Assembly (NCBI GenBank): GCA_030587475.2
Contig: JAUQYZ020000001.1
Location: forward strand, 1 to 41,700
Direction of reading: 5' to 3'
Origin: Candidatus Sigynarchaeum calidifontis
GTDB taxonomy: Archaea > Asgardarchaeota > Lokiarchaeia > Sigyniarchaeales > Sigyniarchaeaceae
Length of the DNA stretch: 41,700 nt
The notes below the pieces were generated by a model, which was not told where the DNA came from, did not search any database, and worked only from the letters and a program-made list of their open reading frames with translations. Position numbers and translations under genes: made by a program. Shown in pieces: positions 8,675-18,324 of this stretch (positions are counted from its first letter, which is position 1; every line of letters starts with the position of its first letter).

Positions 8675-9349
8675 ATGATTTATTCCCTTTATTTAATCGA
8701 TGGAGATAGCGCTGTCTTGTTGCTAGAGAAAAATTTCCAACCGCTCAAGCGACCAACATCGCAGCAAGACCTGGGCAGTGCCGTGATTGCACAATTTTTC
8801 GCGGCGGTCAATTCATTCATCGATGAAATCCAGGCAGCTATGCGCAAAGGCCGTGACATATCGAACATGAACCGCACGCTGCTGGCCGAGAACTCGGCCG
8901 TCACGATGCATTACCAGCCAGAAGCTCGCGTTCTTGTCTCCACTATTTCCGATCCAGACGATGACATCGACGTGATCATCGCAGCGTGCAAGAAAATCGC
9001 CGAACGATTCTGGAAAAAGCACCGTGAGAGCTTGGAGGAGGCGAGACTGCATGCCGACAAGGTCGTGTTCAAGGCCTTCTTGCCCGACATTGAAATGGTG
9101 CTACATGATGGAAAGATCGCAGAGATATTCCCGAAGCTCCAGATCCCGATAAAGACGCTACAGCGCATCAACGCGATGGGCGTGATTTCGAACGACGAAT
9201 ATCAAGTCGCGCAACTCATCGATGGCAAGACGATGAGCCCGCTTGCCATTGCCAAGAAGCTGGGCAAGTCGAAAAGCGAGATAATGGACATGCTGAAGAA
9301 ATTCGAAAGCCTTGATATCATCAAGGAGATGAAAATCCCGAAATTCTGA
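8675..9349 (+). CDS. Longin-like domain fused to C-terminal winged helix
   Basis: MIYSLYLIDGDSAVLLLEKNF...FFAAVNSFIDEI...KKIAERFWKKH...FKAF matches the Asgard longin-like pattern; the C-terminal MSPLAIAKKLGKSKSEIMDMLKKFESLDII is wHTH-like. Confidence 0.7.
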   Translation: MIYSLYLIDGDSAVLLLEKNFQPLKRPTSQQDLGSAVIAQFFAAVNSFIDEIQAAMRKGRDISNMNRTLLAENSAVTMHYQPEARVLVSTISDPDDDIDVIIAACKKIAERFWKKHRESLEEARLHADKVVFKAFLPDIEMVLHDGKIAEIFPKLQIPIKTLQRINAMGVISNDEYQVAQLIDGKTMSPLAIAKKLGKSKSEIMDMLKKFESLDIIKEMKIPKF

Positions 9350-9397
9350 AACTCATTCCTCGCAACACTTTATCTCCACCGATTCTTGTTTCCACCC

Positions 9398-10414
9398 ATG
9401 AAACCGAAGCCCAATAGCATGGACGGTACGGTCGTCCCGGCCCTCACCATGTTCACGAGGGAATACAAGGTCGATCTCGAAGCGCAGATGCTGCTCACCA
9501 GGCACGTGCTCGCGAACGGGGCTGACGTGCTATTCTTGTGTGGTTCCACGGGCGAGGGACAATGGCTGCAACGCGAGCGGCCCGCCGAGCGCGCCTGCTT
9601 GTTGAAAGCCACCAAGAAGGCCATAGACAAGGCCAAGCACCGCGTCCCCGTGATTTTCGGCATCTACGGGAACGCGGCCAAGGAGGTCATTGCCCAGTAC
9701 CAGGAGATGCTCCGCATGCAAGATGCGGAGAAGGTTACCATCATCGATGGATACGTGATTTCCCCGCCCTTGTCCAAAAAGCTGCCCGATGAAGAGCTGG
9801 AACGATACCTCGCCGAGATCACGGCGGCGATCCCGGAACCCGTCTTTTACTACAACAATCCTGCCACGTTCGGCGCGAACAGCATTCCCGTGGCGGTCTA
9901 CGAGGCCCTGATCGGCCGTTTCCCGAACGTCACCGGCATCAAGGACAGCTCCGGCTCCATGGATTACCGTTACGGGGTGCTCCAGATGCTCGAGCGGCAT
10001 CCCGCCATCGCGTTCTACACGGGCAGCGAGGGCGATTATTTCAAGTGCCTCGAGAAACGAACGCCCGCCGAATCGTCGAGGATCGGCTCCATACCAAGCA
10101 TCTCGAACGTCTTGAACATCCCGGCCAAGATCCGCACCGCCTACATGAAAGGTGACGTCGACGGCGCGCGGAAGCTGCAAGACGACCTTAACGGCATCCG
10201 CAACCGCATCTACCACGAGCCCGCCACGAGGGGCAAGGCACAACGTGGCACCAAGTTCGCCCTCGCCTGCTTGTACCCTGGCACTGCTCTCGACAAAGAC
10301 ATCGTGGTCATCCCTGACTATGTCAAGGTGATGGATCTGGATGCCAGGAAGGCTATAAAAAATGCTGTAAACGAAGCATTGGCCCGCGGCTTCGTGGAAA
10401 AGTGCAAACCTTGA
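9398..10414 (+). CDS. DHDPS/NAL (DapA-like) class I aldolase family protein
   Basis: CGSTGEG, YYNNP and GIKDSSG (Schiff-base Lys) motifs. Confidence 0.9.
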   Translation: MKPKPNSMDGTVVPALTMFTREYKVDLEAQMLLTRHVLANGADVLFLCGSTGEGQWLQRERPAERACLLKATKKAIDKAKHRVPVIFGIYGNAAKEVIAQYQEMLRMQDAEKVTIIDGYVISPPLSKKLPDEELERYLAEITAAIPEPVFYYNNPATFGANSIPVAVYEALIGRFPNVTGIKDSSGSMDYRYGVLQMLERHPAIAFYTGSEGDYFKCLEKRTPAESSRIGSIPSISNVLNIPAKIRTAYMKGDVDGARKLQDDLNGIRNRIYHEPATRGKAQRGTKFALACLYPGTALDKDIVVIPDYVKVMDLDARKAIKNAVNEALARGFVEKCKP

Positions 10415-10431
10415 ATCGACCGGTGATCTGG

Positions 10432-11604
10432 ATGGCCGAGCCGCAAGCCTTCATAATTGGAAAGACGAGAACTTCGCTGGCGGGCATCGACAAGCTCGTC
10501 GCCCCGGCAAAAGCACGGGCCGGCATCCCCGAGAGCGCCCGCCCAACGCTGTGCATGGGACCGTTCGATGGAAAGATCAACTCGATCTACCGCCTCGTAT
10601 ACGATACAAGCGAGGGCCATGCGACGCTCATTCTCCGGACGCGCATCTCCGAGGCGTTCCGGTACGAATCGATCGTCAAAGAGAAGATCTTGTTCCCTAT
10701 CCTCGATGGAACGATCGACTTGCATTCTGGCAACAAGCTCCGCGTCGCGATCGAGAAATTACTCGAAGCCAAGATGGGCCATCACGTATTTTCCAACGAC
10801 AAGCCACCCGCGATCCCGGTGCAGAACCTGTTCCATTACGACGAGACTTGTAAACAAGTTCCGTACATCTTTTCGGTCATGGATTTCTTGCCCGGGATCT
10901 CGCTGTACGAGTACATGGAAACCCACGGCGTCAAGAACAAGCGGATCAAGGACATTCCCGCGCAGACCACCAAGGTGCTCCAGCAAGCCTTCGCGGATGC
11001 CGGTGATGCCATGGCCCGCCTCCACCAATTCGAGTTCCCCGCGTTCTACAACACCATAACAGACATCGGCGATCCGGGGAAGGCGGTCGACTGGAAACGG
11101 TTGTTTATCAGCCGCACGAGGAAACTGATGGACGAGGCTGCACGGTGGCCTGCGATCAAGCCGTTCCTCCCCGATCTCCAGCAATACTTCGATGAAAGCA
11201 GCGAGATGATTCCGGAACACGATACCCCAGTCTTGTTCCACAACGATTTCCAACCGCAGAACTTCATCATGGACGAGTTATCGGGCAAGGTCACTGGTTA
11301 TATCGACTTCGATAACTGGGCAGTCGGGGTCAAGGAGCAAGAATTTGTCAAGATGCAATACTGGGGGCTCCGGGAGCTCGATCCCGCCTTCGAAAAAGCG
11401 TTCTTGTCCGGGTACCAGAACCATCACCGCGTCGATAAGGACTTTCTCGCCCGCGTGGACATCTACAAGGCGTCATGGTTCCTCTTGGTGTACAACTTCG
11501 AGATGTCGAAGATCGCCATGAACGAGCAGAACATCACGGTTGACAAGCGGTTCCCGGCAGCCGAAAAGTATATCGAGGAGATCATGCGAATCGTCGGTGA
11601 ATAG
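10432..11604 (+). CDS. APH/choline-kinase-like phosphotransferase
   Basis: LFHNDFQPQNFI Brenner motif and YIDFD; a GGTGAT RBS precedes the ATG at 10432. Confidence 0.88.
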   Translation: MAEPQAFIIGKTRTSLAGIDKLVAPAKARAGIPESARPTLCMGPFDGKINSIYRLVYDTSEGHATLILRTRISEAFRYESIVKEKILFPILDGTIDLHSGNKLRVAIEKLLEAKMGHHVFSNDKPPAIPVQNLFHYDETCKQVPYIFSVMDFLPGISLYEYMETHGVKNKRIKDIPAQTTKVLQQAFADAGDAMARLHQFEFPAFYNTITDIGDPGKAVDWKRLFISRTRKLMDEAARWPAIKPFLPDLQQYFDESSEMIPEHDTPVLFHNDFQPQNFIMDELSGKVTGYIDFDNWAVGVKEQEFVKMQYWGLRELDPAFEKAFLSGYQNHHRVDKDFLARVDIYKASWFLLVYNFEMSKIAMNEQNITVDKRFPAAEKYIEEIMRIVGE

Positions 11605-11632
11605 GGGATGGCTTCATCTCGCGAACGCGGCA

Positions 11633-12358
11633 TCATTCCATGTCGTCCTCGTCCCCGTCCGCATCCTCATCAACGCCGACGGTGCTATCATTAGATTTCG
11701 GCTTCTCTTTCAACAAGCCCGTGTAAACGAGGAAATCATCGAAATCACCGTCGGCACCATGCAAGTCGTTCCATTTCTTAACCATGTCCTTGTACTCGTC
11801 GATTTCCTTCCATGATTGGAGAATGATTTTTTTCATGCGCTCTTCATTTGCTGGAGGGAACAGCATGCCGCACTTTACCTTGGACAAGTACGTGATCTCG
11901 TGATCCTCCGTGAGGCTGAACGGGTAGGTCTGGCAGACCATTGGGCTGAAATCGTGGATACCACACAAGCCGAGCGCCGTATGGAAGGGGCAAGTCTTCC
12001 GAGTGCTGTCCTGGATCATGCCGATCACGTGGCCCTTGCCCTTGATCTTGATGATCGGGTAGAAATTGAGGGTCTCGACCGATTCATCGTAGAAGGTAAG
12101 GAACTGGTAGACATGTAACCCGGGAATGTTATCCAGGATGCGCTTGGCATCGATCGCCGTGATAAGCACTGTATATTCAGAGCAACAGAAGCCGGTACAA
12201 TGCTGAACGCAGTAGAACGGATTGTCCGTAAGGGCAGGGGAGCTGGTATGCGCTTCGGGCGGGACTTTTTCAAGAGCGGAATGATCATCACCTTTTCCCG
12301 CATCGGTGGGCTTTGCGGTCTCGCTTGGGGACTTTAAGGTCTCGTCGGCGCCATCCAT
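11633..12358 (-). CDS. YkgJ-family (CxxxCxxxCC) Zn/Fe-S cluster protein with acidic tail
   Basis: CVQHCTGFCC...CPFH...LCGIHDFSPMVCQTYPF; a GGGGAGG RBS precedes the ATG at 12358. Confidence 0.85.
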   Translation of the reverse strand: MDGADETLKSPSETAKPTDAGKGDDHSALEKVPPEAHTSSPALTDNPFYCVQHCTGFCCSEYTVLITAIDAKRILDNIPGLHVYQFLTFYDESVETLNFYPIIKIKGKGHVIGMIQDSTRKTCPFHTALGLCGIHDFSPMVCQTYPFSLTEDHEITYLSKVKCGMLFPPANEERMKKIILQSWKEIDEYKDMVKKWNDLHGADGDFDDFLVYTGLLKEKPKSNDSTVGVDEDADGDEDDME

Positions 12359-12380
12359 GTTTTTACAAACGCCTCCCCGA

Positions 12381-12887
12381 TTAAAATTCCTTTTCATTCG
12401 ACTTGCACATGATGGGGATGTCGCGGATGGTGCCGTTGACGACGACGTAAGCACCGATCTCGAGCTCGCCATTGACGCCATCGCCCGCGATGAGCCAGCA
12501 ATACCGAGCCATCCTCGCCGCGCTCTTCATGTAGCGCACGTCGGTGGCCGAAACGAACTGGTTCCCCGGATGCGTGTGGAGGATTCCTATAAGATCCCGG
12601 CCTTGCTTTTCCTCTTGCAACATGATTTGATACTGGACGACAGGGTCGACCTCGAATGCAACGGGCGAGTGGAGGATGTTTTCTACCTGGCGCATCGTGG
12701 AAATATTGTATTCGATCCAATCCTTTGTATCATTCATTTTTCCGAAGAGGAGAGCGCATGCCTCGTTTGGCCGTGCTTCCTCGCGGATCGAGCCAATTTC
12801 CTCCACGAGATCCCGGGGAATGCATACCGTGATGCTTTTCCACGACTCGCCGGGCGTGGCGTTCATGGTAATCACGTGTTCATGCAA
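12381..12887 (-). CDS. Prokaryotic-type JAB/MPN+ metalloprotease (desampylase-like)
   Basis: EACALLFG...ILHTHPGNQFVSATD JAMM motif; stand-alone domain; start uncertain (TTG 12887 or ATG 12866). Confidence 0.88.
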   Translation of the reverse strand: MHEHVITMNATPGESWKSITVCIPRDLVEEIGSIREEARPNEACALLFGKMNDTKDWIEYNISTMRQVENILHSPVAFEVDPVVQYQIMLQEEKQGRDLIGILHTHPGNQFVSATDVRYMKSAARMARYCWLIAGDGVNGELEIGAYVVVNGTIRDIPIMCKSNEKEF

Positions 12888-12932
12888 TTAAAAGGAGTGC
12901 TTGAGTGACAAGAAAGAAGGACCGGAAGGCGA

Positions 12933-13565
12933 TCATTTCTCGTTGTGGAACTTCACGCCATCCTTCGTGATCACGGCGAGCTGGATCTTCGAGCCCGAGG
13001 CGATGTCACGGTTCCTGGCGGCGCTCACGGCCCTGCGGGCGAGCTCCATAGCTTCCTCGGTGGTCATGCCCTCCTTGAATCCCGCCTCGAGCACCCCGAG
13101 TGCGAACGTGCTCCCGCTGCCGAACGATAGAAAATCTTTTTCCTCGAACAAGCTACCGATCAAATCGATGCCGAAGATCTTCAACTCGCCCTCGTGCACG
13201 TCGTAGCCGGCCACGAGCATCATAGACAAGAAGAACGAGCGGCCCTGGAACAGTAAATTCCGGATGACGTTCGTCACGTACTTCAAGGGGGCCTCTTTGC
13301 CCGTTTCGATCGCCTTGAGGCGCGCGAGCGCCTTGGCCTGGTCGATGACGTATTGACAATCAGCCACGCCACCAGAAATCGTGGCTGCGACGTGATCGGT
13401 TATCTGGAACAGTTTCTGGGCATTTTTGGTTGCCACGAGGTACCCAGCGGTCGCCTGGGATTCCGTCGCGACGATGATGGCATCCTTCGCCCTGAGGGCG
13501 AGCGTTGTCGTGCCGGTCGCGAGCTGCCCCGATTTTATCAAATCATCAAGACCGATCATTTTCAT
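12933..13565 (-). CDS. psmB: 20S proteasome beta subunit
   Basis: Short propeptide then TG|TTT; Thr1, Glu17 and Lys33 are present; also GSGS and RDIASG. Confidence 0.96.
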   Translation of the reverse strand: MKMIGLDDLIKSGQLATGTTTLALRAKDAIIVATESQATAGYLVATKNAQKLFQITDHVAATISGGVADCQYVIDQAKALARLKAIETGKEAPLKYVTNVIRNLLFQGRSFFLSMMLVAGYDVHEGELKIFGIDLIGSLFEEKDFLSFGSGSTFALGVLEAGFKEGMTTEEAMELARRAVSAARNRDIASGSKIQLAVITKDGVKFHNEK

Positions 13566-13753
13566 TGCACCTATTCTAGAACGTGTCTTGGCGGTATATG
13601 AAATTTTGGCCTTGGGGAAAAAAGCGAGCGCCTCTGCAAACGAAAGGAAAACGGGAGGAATTCACGAACGAGATGATGAAACGGAACGAGAATAGTAAAT
13701 TCAAGAGATCAATTGGGCAATTAATTTCAAGTTTAAGACAAACGTGTCAATTA

Positions 13754-14236
13754 TTAAAGCTCTTCTTTCAATATTTTCATAATAAAGCACGTGTCGACGC
13801 TGCGAATCCCTTGAATTGCCCCGATCTCGTTTTCGATGAAATCAGTTAGTGCCTCCACGCTCTCGGCTGAAACCTTTATCAAGATGCCGCACTCGCCTGA
13901 AAGCAAATAGGCCTCATCCACGAGGGGAAGTGACGAGATAATCTTGGCTATCGGTTTCGATGCCTTGAGTTCAGGAATGATCTTGATGGTCGCCTTGACT
14001 TTCTTCTCGCCGATCTTCTTGTCATTCAGCACGATCGTGAATTTCTTGATGAAATCCTCGTCGCGCATGCGTTTCACCCGGCGGCGCACCGTGGCCTCGG
14101 TTTTTCCAACCATGTCAGCGATCTCCTTGAATGACTTGCTAGAATCCTCTTTTAACAAGTTCAAGATCTGCTTGTCGAGGTCGTCGAGTGCGGTCTTGGC
14201 TGTCGGGACCTTTTCCTGGATGGGTTCTTCGGTCAT
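13754..14236 (-). CDS. Lrp/AsnC family transcriptional regulator
   Basis: LDDLDKQILNLLKEDSSKSFKEIADMVGKTEATVRRRVKRM HTH plus a RAM domain (YLLSGECGILIKV). Confidence 0.93.
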   Translation of the reverse strand: MTEEPIQEKVPTAKTALDDLDKQILNLLKEDSSKSFKEIADMVGKTEATVRRRVKRMRDEDFIKKFTIVLNDKKIGEKKVKATIKIIPELKASKPIAKIISSLPLVDEAYLLSGECGILIKVSAESVEALTDFIENEIGAIQGIRSVDTCFIMKILKEEL

Positions 14237-14439
14237 AGCTATCTTGCGATCAAAAAAACAATTCCCTCTCATAAAGATTTTTTTATGTTAAGAAATCCCG
14301 TGACGAATTCGGTCGAGTCATAGTTTTATTCGAAACATTCCATAACCCCAGATGCCATCTCTGACCACGATGTCCACCAACTAAGTGAGCCGGATCAAAA
14401 AAGAACGGAATCGGGTGAATAAATTTGCAAGAGCGATGA

Positions 14440-14628
14440 ATGGTAAACCAGAATGCACGTGGCGACATCCTGGAAGTCATTTCTCCTGAACTCGTCGATC
14501 CATATGGCGTCATGCTCGAGCCCGAGTTCACGGCAACCATCCACGATAAAACCTTCACGGCTGTTGGGCCAGAGATAACAAAGCACGTCCAGAATCGGGA
14601 CGACAAATCCTGGAACATACGGCATTAA
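14440..14628 (+). CDS. Small hypothetical protein (62 aa)
   Basis: ATG start and GC3-rich codon usage inside an AT-richer intergenic region. Confidence 0.4.
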   Translation: MVNQNARGDILEVISPELVDPYGVMLEPEFTATIHDKTFTAVGPEITKHVQNRDDKSWNIRH

Positions 14629-14757
14629 CACGAGCGGTTTGAATTGTTATTTATACACATGCATAAATGGTGCTTTGTCGATTTTTCTTCTATTTGAGCA
14701 CAAAGCATATCTTAGAAGTGGGCGTAATAGTCATCACCGCAACTCGCTGATGGACTT

Positions 14758-16149
14758 ATGGCACCAGGCGACAAGTCCCGCAATGATCCATCTAAGACTG
14801 ACGACTCGTCCACGAATACACCAGTCGGGCTCGAGGAATTGCTCCAAAACATAGAAAGGTCAAAACCGCTGGACGAGCTGCTCAACGAGGTCATGGATCA
14901 AGAACTGCAAAAGCAATTCCAGAAGAAAGAGGAGCGCAAGCAAGCAATCATCCAGGAGCTCGTGAATGCCTCTAAAATATACGAAAAGATGCCATTGGAG
15001 CGCCTTGCGATCAAGCTCAACGAGGATTTGAATGAAATCCTTGATTTACTTGAACAAATCATTTTAAATAACGAGTTCACGGGTATCGTGATTTCTGGCA
15101 AGGAACTCATTTTCAACAAGATCCAGCGTCACGATGAACTCGACCGGAAGCCATTCCTGGCGATCACGAGCCCCGCGGTGAAGCCATTGCTCACGCCCGC
15201 GGGAGCCACGGCCATTCGCGAGCCGCTCAAGCGCAAGAAGGTCGACTTGAAGTTCAAGGTTCTCGGGGAGCAGCCAGTCGTGCAAGTACCTGCCGAGCAA
15301 GAGAACTTTATCGCCAGCGCGGAGACTGCATCGGTCGCGGGCCAGCTGCAGCTCAAGCTCACGCTCGCGAATAACTCGCTCAAACCCTTGGATAACGTGC
15401 TCGTGAAGTTCCTCGTGGAAGGGCAAGTCCGCCTCGTGCGCATAAAACCCCCGTACGCGGGTGCTGACTGGAACGGCGAGATAACGATCCCCAGCATCCC
15501 GGCCGGGTCTAGTCGGCGCGTGTTGTTTTATTTCTCGCCGGTTACATGCGAACCGGTCGGGTTCGACATCCTCGTGCAATACCAGGACGCGACGGGCAAG
15601 TTCATCGACGAAAACTTGAGCGAAAAGATCGACCTGACACCACCTATCTTCGTCCGGAAACAAGTCATCACGAAAGAACATTTTCACGACATCATCACCC
15701 ACCAGCTCAAGATGAAGGGCATCAAGAGTTATGGCATTCCCGCGGGCCTCGCGCCAACAGACGCCTACCTGATCATCAAGGAGATCTTGATCACGAACGA
15801 GTTCGAGTTCGTCGGCGAGAAATTGCTCGAGGACAAGAGCCAGTTTCTTGGTTGGTATTACACGGGCTTCAAATTGGGCGAAAATGAGAGCGATTTCATC
15901 GTGATCGGTCAGGTACTCAATAACAAGATGGAATTCTTCGCCATGGCGGGGGATGGTATGCAGCTGCTTCGCGGCTTGACATACCTCGCGAAAGAATTGC
16001 GCGAGCGGCTGATCGAGCGTGATATAATAAAAAACGAGTCGGAGCTCGTCGAGCTCGTTTGCCCGTCATGCGGCGGCGTCCTGGACATGTCCCCTATCAA
16101 GGGCGAGCTGCACACGTGCAAATTTTGCGGCGCGAAGTTGCAATTCTAA
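14758..16149 (+). CDS. PCI-like winged helix + adaptin-appendage-like (Ig sandwich + platform) + C-terminal Zn ribbon protein
   Basis: SKIYEKMPLERLAIKLNEDLNEILDLLEQIILNNEFTG (PCI-like); LQLKLTLANNS...IPSIPAGSSRRVLFYF...VQYQD then IFVRKQVITKEHFHDII (ear/platform junction); CPSCGG..x..CKFCG. Confidence 0.65.
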   Translation: MAPGDKSRNDPSKTDDSSTNTPVGLEELLQNIERSKPLDELLNEVMDQELQKQFQKKEERKQAIIQELVNASKIYEKMPLERLAIKLNEDLNEILDLLEQIILNNEFTGIVISGKELIFNKIQRHDELDRKPFLAITSPAVKPLLTPAGATAIREPLKRKKVDLKFKVLGEQPVVQVPAEQENFIASAETASVAGQLQLKLTLANNSLKPLDNVLVKFLVEGQVRLVRIKPPYAGADWNGEITIPSIPAGSSRRVLFYFSPVTCEPVGFDILVQYQDATGKFIDENLSEKIDLTPPIFVRKQVITKEHFHDIITHQLKMKGIKSYGIPAGLAPTDAYLIIKEILITNEFEFVGEKLLEDKSQFLGWYYTGFKLGENESDFIVIGQVLNNKMEFFAMAGDGMQLLRGLTYLAKELRERLIERDIIKNESELVELVCPSCGGVLDMSPIKGELHTCKFCGAKLQF

Positions 16150-16230
16150 CCCCGCACGATTTCGATGGCAAGGATCTATTCTTGGGAAACATGAAAATGC
16201 GGTTAAAAAAGGGAAAGAAGAAAATTGGTC

Positions 16231-17982
16231 TTAAAAGAGCAAGCCCGTCGTCAAGATCAAGGTGATCGTGATGAATGCGGCGACCCAGATGATGCCGATG
16301 ATGCTCACGATGCTTGCAGCCTTGTTTGCCCAGTTAATACCTTCGGTCTTTCTCGATTCCCTGGACAGGGCAAGGCCAACGAAGAACCCCGGGAAGAAGA
16401 TCCATCCCGTCATGGTTAATTTAAACGCGAGTTTCGAATCCTTGAGGTTTGCATGGTCGATATCCTTCTCGTCGACGATATTGATCCATTCCGCATCGTG
16501 CAGCGCGCCTTGCGGGTCTAGCCGCTCGGTCTTCCACCACGGGAGCCGGGGTGTGCCTTCCGCCTTTCGTTCACGTCGCTTGGACGGGATGATCAAGCCT
16601 GAAATCTTCGCGATCAGCCATTCCAGGCCAAATGCATAACTTGTTTTCTCCCACAACCACAACACGACCGCCCACGTGACGATGATCAGTGCCAACGCCA
16701 GCCAGATGGTCGTCGTGTAGAAGCTAGGCAGAGGCCAAGCAGGCATCCCCAGAAGGAGAGCCGTTAGCATCACGGGCAATACGTCGAGGAACTGGTAGTT
16801 GTAGATAGAAAAAGCAACGAACCCGAACCTGCGGAAAAGCAACGTTTTTCGTGCAAATGGTGCCGATTTCCCGCGGAACTCGACAAGCCGGAGGAGCAAG
16901 CAAATCGCGCCCCATTGGCCGCCGGTCACCATCAAGAACCACGGTAACCAGACCCCGTATTGCTCGATGTCCGTGACGTCGTACGCTTTTCTCAAGACAT
17001 TCAATAACCCGTCGATCGGATCACCAGGTCGCAAGAGCAAGATGGCCAAAACGACGACGAACATGCCAACCATCAAGGTAAACCCTCCGGCCATGGAGAT
17101 GCGCAGCGTCTTCGTGTTCTTGCCCTCGTCGCCGGTTCTCGGCTTCACGAGGTACAAGCCGATCATGCTGCCGATGAACGACACGGCCAGGAACGGGAAC
17201 AGCGGCTCGACCTGGCCTGCCCATGGCTGCACGAAGACGAGCAAGAAATTCGTGAAGAAATCGAGCTTCCGGAGGTCACCATACTGCCACGGATGGCCTG
17301 TCAAGGGATTCGTGCCATGCGAGAAGTCCCCGTTTGGCACCATCGCGTCGAACCCCCACCACACGAGCTGGGTGACGGCGATCACGGCGATGGCGAGGAT
17401 GGCATAGATCTTGATGTTGCGCGAGAACTTTTTGAACCCCCCCTTCATCGATAGAAGCCCTTGCACGATGCCGTTCAAGATCACGCACCAGGCGACCGTG
17501 TGGATCGTCTCCATGTGATAACCCCGGTACCAGAATGGATTCAACCAATTCGTGCTACCCTTGGCCAATTCCCCGATAGCGCCGTGATAACCCGTGAGGC
17601 TCTCAGTGAGGTACGCGAAGACGAGCAAGAGCATACCGCCGATGACTTGCTTCAGCGCGAGATCGGCTGCGCTTTGCCCGCGCTCCAACCCTCTCGCCAT
17701 GGATATCATGTTTCCAATGGCAGATACCATGAGGAAGAAACCCGCCCACGAGCCAAAAAACAAGCTCACGGCCATCAGCACCACGAGGAACAGCGGTGCC
17801 GTCCCGTTTGTGATATCTGCGACGATCCGGTCTTGATCGAACCACCGCATGAACGTGTGGAGCCACACCATCATGAAAATGGCAAGGCCACGAGCAAAAT
17901 CGATGCTCGAATATCGCTTCATTCGCCTCGTTCCCACTTGCCCCGGAGATTCGAGGGATGTTTTTTCTATTTGTGCAGACAT
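16231..17982 (-). CDS. Multi-pass membrane protein, HGSNAT/DUF1624 (transmembrane acyltransferase-like)
   Basis: RYSSIDFARGLAIFMMVWLH N-terminal motif; more than 12 hydrophobic segments. Confidence 0.75.
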   Translation of the reverse strand: MSAQIEKTSLESPGQVGTRRMKRYSSIDFARGLAIFMMVWLHTFMRWFDQDRIVADITNGTAPLFLVVLMAVSLFFGSWAGFFLMVSAIGNMISMARGLERGQSAADLALKQVIGGMLLLVFAYLTESLTGYHGAIGELAKGSTNWLNPFWYRGYHMETIHTVAWCVILNGIVQGLLSMKGGFKKFSRNIKIYAILAIAVIAVTQLVWWGFDAMVPNGDFSHGTNPLTGHPWQYGDLRKLDFFTNFLLVFVQPWAGQVEPLFPFLAVSFIGSMIGLYLVKPRTGDEGKNTKTLRISMAGGFTLMVGMFVVVLAILLLRPGDPIDGLLNVLRKAYDVTDIEQYGVWLPWFLMVTGGQWGAICLLLRLVEFRGKSAPFARKTLLFRRFGFVAFSIYNYQFLDVLPVMLTALLLGMPAWPLPSFYTTTIWLALALIIVTWAVVLWLWEKTSYAFGLEWLIAKISGLIIPSKRRERKAEGTPRLPWWKTERLDPQGALHDAEWINIVDEKDIDHANLKDSKLAFKLTMTGWIFFPGFFVGLALSRESRKTEGINWANKAASIVSIIGIIWVAAFITITLILTTGLLF

Positions 17983-18324
17983 GATTGAAACCCCGATTCG
18001 TAAATTTCTATTCATTATCGTAGACAAACACGAGTTTATCGACCAGACAAGAAATTTCCGGGCCGATCATGGTGGCCGAATGCATTATCGCCAGATTAAA
18101 AAAAAACAACTTTCTTGCGGCTCGGACAAATTCAGATCTGATCCTCGACCTCTTTCATTCAACTGTGTATTGATTAGTCTTATGGTCGCGTGTTATCGTT
18201 GATTCAAAATCGGCCTTTCTCGAGGGCAATTAAAGGTGCATCCGGGGGGGCAAATGGACGGGTTGGCGAGCATTAAAGAACCACGCGAGGTATAACCAAG
18301 TAATAGATTATTAAACGTGCTAGT

